Positions 36,218 through 49,034 of a stretch of DNA of 64,000 bases are shown piece after piece. The position numbers and the translations under genes are program-made. This DNA is from Scyliorhinus canicula. Lineage: Eukaryota. The stretch's first letter is position 1; each line of letters begins with the position of its first letter. Location of the stretch: assembly GCF_902713615.1 (NCBI RefSeq), contig NC_052152.1:110286401-110350400 (forward strand), in the 5' to 3' direction. The notes beneath the pieces are model-generated. The model had not been told where the DNA came from and ran no database searches. It saw only the letters and a program-made list of their open reading frames with translations.

Positions 36218-37028
36218 TATTACGATCGCGGACCAGACCACAATGGCTAGGACACTGGATCGAAACCCCAATATTTCAGTTTATTTTAAGACTGTGGAAA
36301 GAATGATTCGCTCCAGGAGTGATTGCATGAAAAAATAGGGCTTTGGTATTTCTAAAACACAAATTTATTATGAATACAATGTTAAACTTTTAACTTCACA
36401 CCTGAAAAGAACAGCTTACAATTACCGCTTAACACAACCACACAATTTTCCACTAAACAACAAAAGAAACATACAGTTCTTAATCCATCGTAAAATTAGC
36501 TGGACATAGAGTAATACTTGCTTTATGAAACAGATTTGCTTCAGGTTCGAACTCCTTCAGACTTTGGCTGAATATCTTCAAATAGATGCTTCAACTTGGT
36601 TGTTTCAGCCTTTTGTCTTCAGACAAGAATGCTCGGCTTTAAAATATATATATTTTTTTAACTACCCTATTTGGAAAGAATTATGAGCTCAGAGTCAGGT
36701 AAATCAGAACTCAGCTCCTCTCTCTCTCTCAAAGCTTCTCCAAACTCTCTGCCTTTCTGGGCTCCACCCAGCAATGACCACATCTCCAAGCTAAAAAAAA
36801 ACAAATTATCTCTGAAGGATGCCAAAGCACATTAAATCCCCAGAGAATGCCCCAGTCAAACCACAGTCGGTGAGCCTAGACTGAACAACACATTCCTTCA
36901 TCAATTTAATCTTCTGTTTCCTAAAAACAAAACAAAATCCTTTTAAAAACACTATACCCCATGGCTTTTAGCCCTTAAAATGCCCAATACTTAGAATCCA
37001 ATATTCTTAAAATCTTTCAGTCGTCACA
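36218..37028 (-). mobile_element. Solo LTR
   Basis: T(A)TTACGATC...GTCGTCACA ends; near-TSD CAAC/TAAC; related to 15422-16884. Confidence 0.65.
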
Positions 37029-37094
37029 TAACAAAGAGGAAGACAAGCTGTTCAGAAAGAGAAGAGGAAAAAGAGAAAAATGGAAACAACCAGA

Positions 37095-37240
37095 TGGCAT
37101 CCCAAAGTACTTTACAGCCAATGGAATATTTTTGAAGTGCAGTCACTTTTGTAATGTGGGAAACATGACAGCCAATTGATCATAGCAAGCTCCCATAAGC
37201 AACAATGTGATAATGACCAAATAATCTATTTTTGTTGTGA
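37095..37240 (-). mobile_element. Deu-SINE 3' fragment
   Basis: Reverse-complement homolog of 4405-4535. Confidence 0.65.
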
Positions 37241-37547
37241 TGCAGCCAATAGACTGCTGTGTCCCTGCAAGAGAGGGGAAAGTGAGAATTTGGTACAATA
37301 TGTGTTTGGGCGATCTGCCTGTCATTGTTGAATAGCTGGTAGTGTGTGCAAGGAGGGAGATGATGTGGGTTTGAGGCTTGTAAAGGTGCTAAGTGTATGA
37401 GGGTGAGGTGAGGCTATGGATGTTAGGTCTGAGTTCTGCCTGATGGAGGTGAGTGAACAGGTGGGCCATAGAAGGGTATAGTTGTGAATTGATTGGTGTA
37501 TGATGCTAATAGTTCATCTGTAAGAATTTGAAGATGCAGTCACTGAC

Positions 37548-37783
37548 CTTAACCACTCATGAAGCCATTAAACATCTTCCTGCACTGCATCCAAGCACAC
37601 AGGACCACAGTGCTTATATTGACTGTTATGGTTATCTATTTCCACTCCCTTCTGAGTGCCAGCCTGGGGAGCTTCCCAGTGCCCATGTGGGAAGAAGACC
37701 TCTCTCCTTTCCACCTCTTGCACCAAAGTCTCATGTTATACATCAGAGAACCATGAAGCATATTCTCTAGCCTGTTGCACCAT
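37548..37783 (-). pseudogene. Harbinger Myb/SANT-like (MSANTD/NAIF1-type) exon remnant
   Basis: MVQQAREYASWFSD..ETLVQEVERREVFFP / LRREWK..TVN...WMQCRKMFN, ending at an AAG|GTCAGT donor. Confidence 0.65.
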
Positions 37784-40518
37784 TTCCACACTTCTGTTTC
37801 CTGCTCGGAGATGCTTCTGTAACCCAGCATCTGGCTAGCTTTAAGAGGTGCTCGTGTCACAAGAATTTGAGAGTTCTGCAAAGGTGTTCAGCCATTCAGC
37901 AGTATGCTGGAGCAGGGCTGCCATGATTTACAGTAGTAAGCAGCATGAAGTTTGCCTACTGCTTGCATTTCGACAAATGGACATGGATTACTCACACTCT
38001 GATCCCTGTGCCCCTTTTCCAGCCTAATCCATTATCCCCTGGTTAGTGAATGCGGTGCTGTGCACATTGGTTGGAGGCAGTCTCTTTATGTAATATCAGT
38101 CTATATGCATAGACATGAAATTGAAAAGCATTAAGCTGCCCTGCAGTTAGCAGACATGACATACAGGACTGGATTTTCAAAGCATTGGGAAGATTGTGCA
38201 AACATTTCAAAATAGCAGGTGGCTCCTGGATCCTGAAGTCCAGCCCATCTCTGACAGATCCAATTTTGTCCAGCCAGTGGTAGGGGGGTGTGCGTGATTC
38301 ACACAGGCGTGAAACCCAAACTTGGGGCCATTTGAACTTAGTGCTGAGTTCAAACAGACCCCATTGGCTGTTTCAAATACCACAACCCGCAGTGTGGGAG
38401 TCACAAATTGATCCAGAAACCATGGCACTCTTGAAAGGCAGATGGGTCTGTTCATGTTGTGATGTGAAATTTTAAATACCCTGCTCTTTAACCGAGCAGA
38501 AAAAGACTAAATGACAGATTTTTTTTAAACCTCTGCTGGACTGTTTTCATTGACAAGCCACGTCGTGTAGGTTAGTTTTGTGAGGGCCACGAAGAATCCA
38601 GCACGAGTCTTCAGGATACAAAGAAATAACATTTATTTACAATAACATATATATATATATACACAACAGCAGCAACTTCCCTTGCAGCTCACTCCTCTCT
38701 CTCTCTGCTGGTTCCAAACTGGCCAGCTCTATTTATGCAGGGAGTCTGCTAATGATTTCTCTGCCCCCCTCATTGGGGAAGCTCATACTCCCACAGGATT
38801 GTGGGATTGTCATTAGTCCATTGCCAATGGTAAGCAGGCAGGTTATAACATCCCTCCCCCCCAAAGTCCAAGGAATCCACCGAAGACCCTGGCGAAGGAG
38901 GGCGTCGGACTCGTTTTGCCGCAGGCTGGACACTATTGGCACGAAGCGCTGGATCGGGCAGCGTGTAACGAGATGGAGACCGGCGCTTCCGTGATGAATG
39001 GCGCAACGGTTGTCCATCCACGGCCCGTGGGCCCGAGGATTCCCCCTCTGAGGTGTCTTGTGTCTCCATCTCGGAGGCAGAGTCTGCTGCCTCCGTCATC
39101 TCGGCGTCTTTATCTCCACGCGGTTCAGTCACGACCTGTGCAGGCTTTGAGTGAGGCACCAGAGGATTGTGAGGAATACTTTCCATTGTGTCTGGTCTCT
39201 GTGGCTGTAGAAATGAGCTCCTGGGGCGGGGAATCTTTGGAAGTGATAGTCTTCTGGACCGAACATGGTCTACATGTTTGCGCTGGAGATGACCCTGGGC
39301 TTGCACCTGGGTGCAATAGGGCCCGTTTGGCGAAAGATTACGCCAGGGACCCACTGGGCACCACCAGCAAAATTCCGAACGAACACTGGGTCACTGGGCG
39401 TAAACTGCCGAATCGGCCGATGCCGAGAAAAACCATGTCCCTGCCGTTCTTGTGTGCGGCATACTTTTGCGGCAATGTCCGGGAAGACCATGCTAAGGTG
39501 GGTGCGAAGTCTCCGGCCTATTAGGAGTTCTGCGGGAGCTACCCCAGTCACCACATGGGGGGTGGTCCTATATGAAAACAAAAAACGAGCCAGTCCCATG
39601 TCCATCGACCCGGAAGACTGCTTCTCGTTTGAATGTCTGCACTGCGCACTCCGCCAACCCATTTGAAGCCGGTGGTAAGGGGCAGTGCGGATGTGGCATA
39701 TGCCGTTCATCTTCATGAACCTCGCAAACTCCTCACTTGTGAATGGAGTGCCGTTGTCCATGACCAGCACCTCGGGGAGGCCATGCGGACTGAAAGACAA
39801 ACGCATCTTCTCAATTGTTGCGCAGGACGTTGTGCCTCCCATCTTATGCACCTCTAGCCATTTAGACTTGGTGTCAATTAATAGCAGGAACATGGATCCT
39901 TGAAAAGGGCTGGCGAAATCCACATGCAAGCACGCCCAAGGCCGCCCTGGCCATTCCCAGTGATGTAGGGGCGCGGCCGGCGGAAGCTTCTGATGCTCCT
40001 GGCAAATGGAGCAGTTTTGGGCCACCATCTCAATGTCGGTGTCGAGGCCTGGCCGCCAGACATAACTCCGGGCCAACATTTTCATTTTGGTCACAGCTGG
40101 ATGCCCATTGTGCAAGTCTCTCAGTATCAGCTCCTGTCCTTTTTCCGGGACAATCACACGCGTCCCCCACAAAAGGATGCCATCTTCCACGCTGAATTCG
40201 GACAGTTTGGAGGAAAATGCCAGCAACTCGCTGTCTATGCTGCCCACCATACAGGACTATGTGCCGAACCTTTGACAGGACTGGCTCCATCTGGGTCCAC
40301 TCACGGATCTGTTATGCCGTGACGGGCAAGGTGTCCATAAAATTTAGGGTTGCAACCACCTCATCGATCGTGGGGGTCGATATGGGGCTGGTCGATAAAG
40401 GCAATCGGCTCAGTGCATCGGCATTCCCTATCTGGGTTCCTGGTTCGTCCTCCAGAGAATACGCGTATGCAGCGAGCAACAAAGCCCAGCGCTGGATCCG
40501 TGCGGAAGCAATGGGCGG

Positions 40519-43500
40519 TGTGGCGCTAACAATTGTACGGAAAGACTCGAGTGATGTACAAGAGAGGCTTTTTTACAGTGAGATGCTATTCCTCCAGCGG
40601 CAGCTGTAGAATGGCATCTCAGTGAAACCTATGAATATTTATACTGCTCCCTGTGGACGGAGCTAGCCGGCAGGGGCTTACCGGAGAAACCTGTAATACA
40701 GGTACTGCCATACATCCCCCTACTGCAAGCACACATATCTACAGTGGCTGGATCACCACATTCACCCCCTGTAAAAATGAGTCCGGCGGGGGTGACGTGG
40801 AACTATAATACATAAAGTGATCTATGTACAAAAGGGTAAAACAAAAGAAAACCAAGAGTCCATCAGGCAATCCGGTCACAGGTTGAGTCGGCTCGGCGGT
40901 CGAACGTTCCGTTGCGAGCGACATAGCTGTGGTGGCGACGTCGGCACAGGCGGCGTTGGTGACGACGGTGCAGGTGCTGGCGGTGTTGGTGGTGGCCAGT
41001 GGCGGGATGACTCCGGGAGCCAGCCAAAATCTTCCATGTCCTCCAGCGTGGGCAGGGGAACGAGGGATGGACCTGGTAGGGACAAATACGGGGGCGCCGG
41101 GGAAAAGGAGGGTGGTGCGGGGAGGGGAAGGGGTGTGGGCATGGGATCGGCACCCGAGGGAGCCAGGTCCCTGAGTGAGACTGTGTCCTGGCGGCCGTCG
41201 GGGAACTCCATGTCGGCATACTGGGGGTTCGCGTGGAGCAGGTGTACTTTGTCCACCAGGTGTTCCGCCTTGTGGTGCCTGACATGCCTACGAAGAAGGA
41301 CTGGGCCCGGAGTCGTGAGCCAAGTCGGGAGCGACACCCCGGATGTAGAGTTCCTAGGGAAGGCAAAAACGCGTTCATGGGGTGTGTGGTTAGTCGCGGT
41401 GCACAGTGTTGACCGAATGGAATGGAGCGCGTCAGGGAGGACCTGCTGCCAGCGAGCGGCTGGGAGGTTCCTGGACCGTAGGGGAAACTGGACGGCCCTC
41501 CATACCATCCCGTTCTCCCTTTCTACCTGCCCGTTTCCCTGGGGGTTGTAGCTGGTCGTCCTGCTGGAGGCGATACCCCTGCTGAGCAGGAACTGACGCA
41601 GCTCATCGCTCATGAATGAGGATCCCCTGTCACTGTGGATGTAGTCGGGGAAACTGAACAGAGCGAATATGGAATCAAGGGCCTTGATGACGGTGGCAGA
41701 CGTCATATCCGGGCATGGGATGGCGAAGGGGAACCTAGAGAATTCATCGACCACACTAAGGATGTAGGTGTTGCGGTCAGTGGATGGGAAGGGGCCCTCT
41801 GAAGTCCACGCTGAGGCGTTCAAAGGGGCGGGACGCTTTCACCAGGCGCGCGCGGTCTGGCCGGTAGAAGTGCGGCTTGCACTCCGCACAGACCTGGCAG
41901 TCTCTGGTGACTGTCCGTACTTCCTCGACGGAGTAGGGCAGATTGCGGGCTTTGACCAGATGGTACAACCGAGTGACCCCTGGATGGCAAAGGCTCTCGT
42001 GTAAGGCACGAGCTGGTTCACTTGTGCATTGGCACATGTACCTCGGGAGAGGGCGTCTGGGGGCTCGTTGAGCTTGCCGGGGCGATACAAGATCTTGTAA
42101 TTATAGGTGGAGAGCTCGATTCTCCACCGCAAGATTTTATCATTTTTGATCTTGCCCCGCTGCGTGTTGTTGAACATGAAGGCTACCGACTGTTGGTCAG
42201 TGAGGAGAGTGAATCTCCTGCCGGCCAGGTAATGCCTCCAGTGCCGCACCGCTTCAACGATTGCCTGGGCCTCCTTTTCAACAGACGAATGTTGAATTTC
42301 GGAGGCATGGAGGGTGCGGGAAAAGAATGCCACGGGTCTGCCTGCCTGGTTTAAAGTGGCGGCAAGGGCGACATCTGAAGCGTCGCTCTCTACTTGGAAA
42401 GGCAGTGTCTCATCTACTGCGTGCATCCCGGCCTTGGCTATGTCAGCGCGAATACGAGCGAAGGCCTGTTGTGCCTCAGCTGTGAGGGGAAATTGCGTGG
42501 ACTGGATTAGTGGGCGGGCCTTGTCCGCGTATTGTGGGACTCACTGGGCGTAGTAAGAAAAGAACCCCCGGCATCGTTTGAGAACCTTGGGGCAGTGGGG
42601 GAGGGGAAGCTCCATGAGGGGGCGCATGCGGTCGGGATCGGGCCCCAGTAGTTCGTTTTCGACAACGTAGCCAAGGATGGCCAAACGGCCTGTGCGGAAC
42701 ACGCACTTCTCCTTGTTATACGTGAGGTTAAGGAGAGATGCGGTGTGGAGAAATTTAGCAAGGTTGGCGTCATGGTCCTGCTGATCGTGGCCGCAGATGG
42801 TAACATTGTCTAAGTGCGGAAACGTGGCCTGCACTTCGTACCGGTCAACCATTCGGTATATTTCTCGTTGAAATACCGAGACCCCGTTAGTGACGCCGAA
42901 GGGAACCCTAGGAAATTGATACAGGCGACCGTCTGCCTCGAAGGCAGTGTAGGGACGGTCAAATTTACGAATGGGGAGCTGGTGGTAAGCGGATTTCAGG
43001 TCAATTGTAGAGAAGACCCGGTACTGTGCAATCTGATTGACCATTTCAGAAATGCGAGGAAGCGGGTACGCATCGAGCTGTGTGTACCGATTAATGGCCT
43101 GACTGTAGTCCACGACCATCCTGTGTTTCTCCCCAGTTTTAACCACTACCATCTGGGCTCGCCAGGGACTGTTGTTGGTCTCGATGATACCCTCCCGAAA
43201 CAGCCGCTGCACTTCGGAGCTGATGAAGGTCTTGTCCTGGGTGCTGTACCGTCTGCTCCTAGTGGCGATGGGCTTGCAATCTGCAGTCAGATTGGCAAAG
43301 AGGGAGGGAGGCTCAACCTTGAGGGTTGCGAGGCCGCAAACAGTGAGGAGAGGTAGGGGTCTGCCGAATTTGAGGGTGAGGCTCTGAAGGTTGCATTGAA
43401 AATCCAGGCCTAGTAAGAGTGATGCGCAGAGGTTGGGGAGAATGTACAGGCGGAAACGGTCGAAATCCACGCCCTGTACAGTGAGTTTAACCAGGCAGAA

Positions 43501-45195
43501 GCCCCGGATCAGGACAGAGTGGGAACCGGAGGCCAGGGAGATCTGCCGGTTGGCGGGATGGAACGCAAGGGAGTAGCGCCTTACCGTATCCGGGTGAATG
43601 AAGCTCTCGGTGCTCCCAGAGTCGATGAGGCAGGAGGTCACGTGGCCGTTGACGAGCACCGTCATGGAAGAGGGTGCCAGGTTGCGAGGACAGGACTGGT
43701 CGAGCGTCACGGAGGCGAGTAGCGGGCGATTGGCCGACGAGTCTGACAAGTCCGACGAGTAGCGGCAGCGACCCGGGTCCCGTGGTCCCGACCCGAGGGA
43801 GGACAAGATGGCGGCGTCTGGAGTACCTGTGAGGAACAAGATGGTGACGGACAAGATGGCGGCGCCCATGGAGTGCACGTTGTGGGGCGGGACAAGATGG
43901 CGGCGCCCATGGAGCGCACGTTGTGGGGGCGGGACATGATGGTGGCGGCCATGGAGCGCACATGGAGGCGGAGGGTGAAGATGGCGGCGCCCATGATGCG
44001 CACATGGCGGGGGCTGCAAAAAATGGCAGCGCCCACTGATCGTACGTGGGGTCGGGGGCAGCGGACGGCTGGGCCCATTGTGCGATCGCGATCGGCTGAG
44101 GCGAGGGGGGTTTACGGGCATGATAACGGCAACCGGTCGGGACTGGCACACCGCTGCAAAGTGGCCTTTCTTGCCACAAGCTTTGCAGGTCGCGGTGCGG
44201 GCTGGGCAGCGCTGGCGGGGATGCTTCTGCTGACCACAGAAGTAGCAGCGGGGACGCCCAGGGTGCGCGGTGCGGCGAGCAGCGCAGGCGTAGTGCGCGG
44301 GGGTGGCTGCTGGCGGGGTCCATGAGGGGTAGGATGGGTGGGCCGGGAGGGACGGTTGTGGGGTCCACGAGGGGTAGGACGGGTGGGCCGAGTGGCCAGC
44401 GGGATAGGATCACGCATTATGGGAGGCGGCCGTCATTGATAGCGCCAGAATCTTTGTAGTCACGAGATCGAGAGTGGCCCCTTCCAGCAGTCGTTGCCGG
44501 ATGGGGTCCGATGCAATGCCCGTTACAAAGGCATACCGCATGAGTAAATCTGAATTTTTTGTGCCCGTGAGGGTCTGGCAGTCGCAGTCTCCTATTGGAG
44601 ATATAAGGGCCCTCCAAAAGACTCACCCGGCTGTTGGATGCGAGTAGAGAGTAGATGTCTCGCAAACAGGGTGTTCATCCACTGTGCGTCGTTCTCTTTG
44701 AGCAGTTCCATGGCCCAGGCGTAAGTAGGCGCGTCTCGAATGAGTGGAAACACACTGGAGCTGAGTCTTGAGTAAAGAAGCTGTCGTTTCTGAGCCTCCG
44801 AAGGTGGAGGGTCCGCTGAAGAGATGTAGGCCTCGAAAACTGCAAGCCAGTGAACAAAGTCTTTCCTGGCATGGGGCGACTGCGGATCCAGCTGCAGGAG
44901 GTCAGGTTTAATCCTGATGTCCATGGTGTAAGGAAAATCTCACTGTAATAAATTGTGGCGCTAACAATTGTACACAAAGACTCGAGTGATATACAAGAGA
45001 GGTTTTATTACAGTGAGATGCTATTCCTCCGGCGGCAGCTGTAGAATGGCATCTCAGTGAAACTTACGAATATTTATACAGCTTCCTGTGGGCGGAGCTA
45101 GCCGGCAGGGACTTACCGGAGAAACCTGTAATACAGGTACGGCCATACATCCCCCTACTGCAAGCACACATATATACAGTGGTTGGATCACCACA
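40519..45195 (-). mobile_element. Gypsy LTR retrotransposon (inner, nested) lacking a tRNA PBS
   Basis: 242-bp LTRs 44954-45195 and 40519-40760; TSD GGCGG; gag MDIRIKPD; zinc knuckle CKACGKKGH; protease IDSGS; RT HLDN; RNase H SDAS; integrase SDRG; PPT at 40761-40771. Confidence 0.93.
43800..44035. repeat. About 41-42-bp minisatellite between the gag zinc knuckle and protease
   Basis: Unit approximately AAGATGGCGGCGCCCATGGAGCGCACGTTGTGGGGCGGGAC, plus partial units. Confidence 0.85.
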
Positions 45196-48100
45196 GGCGG
45201 TATTGGCTTATCCTCTCTGAAAAGTCCACGCAGAGGCTTATGATCAGTCACGATAGTGAAGTGGCGGCCATATACGTACTGGTGGAAACGTTTCACCGCA
45301 AAGCCCACTGCCAGGCCCTCCTTCTCGATCTGCGCGTACTTTCTTTCCGCTGCAGTCAGTGTGCGGGAGGCGAAAGCTATCGGTCGCTCAGCCCTGTTCT
45401 TCATCTTGTGGGACAGGACAGCCCCAATACCATATAGGGATGCATCACATGTGACGAGCAAAGGCTTTCCAGGATCATAGTGGGTTAGTAACCCAGATGA
45501 CGACAATTGTTGTTTTACCCGCCAGAAAGCGGTTTCTTGCGGCTGACCCCAAACCCAGGTATGATTCTTCTTCAGCAGAAGGTGCAACTGGGCCAGCGTA
45601 GTTGCCAGATTGGGGAGGAACTTTCCGTAATAGTTTACGAGGCGAAGAAACGAACGAAGACGCAAAGTGTCAGTCGGGGCGGGGGCCTGTTGAATCGCGC
45701 GCACCATCTCTGCGATGGGGTGCAAACCTTCGCGGTCCACCCGATAACCCAGGTAGACTACTTCCTCCGCCTGAAAAACGCACTTTGTGCGATGTAAACG
45801 GACTCCATCCTCCGAAAAGCGTCTAAGGACAGCCTCCACATTTTCCAGATGTTCCTGCTCCGACGTCCCTGTGATCAAAACGTCATCCAAGTAGACAGCA
45901 ACACGCAGTAAACCTCTCAAAATGTCCTCCATAACGCGTTGAAAAATAGCGCAGACAGAGGATACTCCAAAGGGCAAACATGTATATTCATACAGGCCCC
46001 GGTGTGTATTAATCGTTACATATGGCCGGGAGGCAGGGTCCAGCTCCAACTGCAGGTAGACATGACTCATATCTAATTTTGTGAACGAGAGTCCGCCTGC
46101 AAGCTTTGCGTAGAGGTCCTCTATGCGAGGCATTGGGTATCGGTCGAGTCGGGAAGCCGTATTCACTGTAAGTTTATAGTCGCCGCACAAGCGAACTGTG
46201 GCATCAGGCTTCATTACAGGTACAATTGGTGCTGCCCAGTCAGCGAAACGGACGGGCCTGATGATACCCAAAGTGCCCAAACGAGTGAGCTCCCCTTCTA
46301 CCTTCTCGAGCAAGGCGTAAGGCACCGGGCGTGCCCGGAAATAACGCGGCGTGGCTCCTGATTGACTTGGATACGGGCTACAGCCCCTTTTATTTTCCCC
46401 AAACCGGGCTGGAATACATCTGGGTATCGTCCTAGCACTTCAGTCAACCCTCCAGAAACTGTTTGGAGGATGTGCTGCCACTGCAACCACAAATGGCGCA
46501 ACCAGTCCCGACCCAACAGGTTGGGCCCATGGCCACGCACCACGATAAGTGGGAAACGCCCCTCCTGGCGTCCATAAACAACAGGAGTCACCGTAGTTCC
46601 TGCAATGGCCAATGGTTCCCCTGTGTAGGTGGCCAACCTGGCCTGTGTGTCGGTTAATGTAAGGGTCTGTATACCCTGCTTGATGCGGTCGAATGTTCTC
46701 TGGGCGATCACGGAGACCGCTGCACCAGTGTCCAACTCCATCTCAAGCGAGTGACCATTGACCCGTACTGTCACTTTAATTGGGGCCACACGGGGAGTTG
46801 CCACACAATGCAGCTGCAGGCAGTCGTCCTCCGTCTCCACGTCCTCGGGAGTAGTCGCCGCAGGTTCATCCAAATGAAAGGTACGGCCCCTGAGCTTGCC
46901 CCAGTTTCGGTCGGAACGACGGCGCCTCTGGCACCCCCAGGACCGGCGTCCGCGACGGGGTCGGCGCCTACAAGTCTGACACGGACATGGCTCCTCATCC
47001 ATTGGTTCTGGAGAAGGCTCCCTTCGGGGAGGAATGTCCGACGGCCACTGGCGTCGATCCGGACGTCGCCTCACCCAAGGTACCGCAGGGGTGCAGGGGG
47101 ACGCTTTCGGACGGAAGGGGTTGCACCCCAAGGCATGCACCTCCATTCCCTGTAGCTCCTGCACTCCTCGTTCTGCGCTCTCTCGGGAAAATACTATTTG
47201 AATGGCTGCTGAAAAGTCAATGTTGGCTCGGCTAACAACTTTCTCTGGGTGGCCGCATTGTTAATACCGCAAACCAAACGGTCGCATAACATTTCTGACA
47301 AGTTCTCACCATAGTCACAGTACTCCGCAATCCTGTGTAGGCTGGATAGAAAGTCGGCAAGGGATTCTCCTGGGGTCCTCTCAGCAGTATTAAACCAGTA
47401 ACATTGGACTATCGTGGATGGGGTTGGGTTAAAATGTTGCCCCACTAAGTTCTCAAGTTCATCAAACGCTTTGGTGTCCGGCGCAGCCAGGTACGTAAGG
47501 CTCCTAATCACCCCAAATGTATGCAGGCCGCAGGCGGTGAGCAATATGACCACCTGGCGCTCGTTTTCGGTGATGTTGTTTGCCAGGAAATAGTAACGCA
47601 TCTGTTGTGCGTACTGGTTCCAGCTTTCCAGCACAGCATCAAAAACATCCAAACGTCCATACAGAGGCATGGTGTAATAGAAAACAACTTCCAACCTGTA
47701 TCCAACAAAAATCCAGGGAGGTGGCTTCAGCAGTGTAGACAGCTATTCACTTTAACCCTCGTCGCCAGTTTTGTGAGGGCCACGATGAATCCAGCACGAG
47801 TCTTCAGGATACAAATAAATAACATTTATTTACAATAACACACATATATATATATATATATACAAAGCAGCTGCAGCAACTTCCCTTGCAGCTCACTCCT
47901 CTCTCTCTCTCTACTGGTTCCAAACTGGTCAGCTCTATTTATGCAGGGAGTCTGATTTCTCTGCCCCCCTCATTGGGGAAGCTCATACTCCCACAGGATT
48001 GTGGGATTGTCATTAGTCCCCAGCCAATGATAAGCAGGCAGGTTATAACAGTTAGAAAAAACATTACCATCTGATTATGTAGTTTCAATAGAGGTCTTTG

Positions 48101-49034
48101 TTGACAGTACCCATTGGCTAATTTTTGTGCCATTATGAATGCCTGGCTGCATTTCAATGCAGGAATGTATCTCAGCAGAATTTCTGAGCTCACATTATGA
48201 TTGACAGCTTAAAGAGCCAATTAAAGAAAGCTGTTTTTGTGGGGTCCGAATAGAACTTAATTTTTTTTAAATAAGTCATTAACTGCATGAGGAAATTTTA
48301 AAACTTTGGATTTCTTGAATGAGAGTTTTTTCACTATCATGTCTGTATGAGAGAGAGCTGCCATATATTGGTAGAAATTTACTACTTCACCAAATGGTTC
48401 TGCCCATGGAAGTGGCATGGAGTATGAAGAGAATGGAGAAGCATGGGGATGGGTGGGAGCATACATTGGCATGGAGGTTTGAGGGGCCATGGGGGTGGGG
48501 GGTGGGGTGGTGAGGACTAGAGTACCTGACAGCATCTAAAACAACTGGGATTAGGCCTTCTAACCAGCCCACCTCAACACTTGCCTTACCCCATTGCCAC
48601 CAAGGATCCACTTCAAGGGTCAGCAGCCCCAAAACTATCCCACCTCCACCTCCCTTGAGTAAATACTGGGTCTAACGAGGCCCTTTAAACCAAGGCAGGT
48701 CTGCCAAGTCGGAAGGTTTCTTGGCTTGACCTACCCACCTCAACGGCAAAGATCCACAGCCTAATTAATTGGATGTTCTGAATTTGAATTGTCAATTTAT
48801 TTGACTTGAAGTCTTTAAAAAAAAGTCTCTTGTGCTGTTTTATTTAAATTGCTGGAAAACTAAATTTTTTGTTGAGCAAAAAATGAATTTGAAATAACAA
48901 TAGCTCTGAGAACCCAAACAATGTAAATGCTTCCAAATTTCCCTCTCCCAACTAGTGCATAAATATCCAGCCATGGCTAGAAACACAGGCACATGATTCT
49001 CCTCATTTTCTGTTCCTTCAGCAGAGGAAGTATT

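Larger units (their letters stand above)
38576..48050 (-). mobile_element. Gypsy LTR retrotransposon (outer), split in RNase H by a nested element
   Basis: LTRs 47770-48050 and 38576-38850; PBS TGGCGACGAG; PPT at 38851-38863; TSD GTTAG; gag 47194-47670, protease LDTGA, RT YLDD (45054-46325), integrase 39270-40250. Confidence 0.93.

Noticed and set aside
43800-44035. CRISPR-like repeat array
   Set aside because: Eukaryotic context; tandem units without unique spacers; no cas genes.
38733-47838. Many plus-strand ORFs over the Gypsy elements
   Set aside because: Antisense shadows of GC-rich gag-pol.
38166-48762. Large DNA transposon enclosing both Gypsy elements
   Set aside because: The candidate TIRs (GGACTGGATTTT / AAAGATCCACAGCC) match poorly and no TSD could be established.
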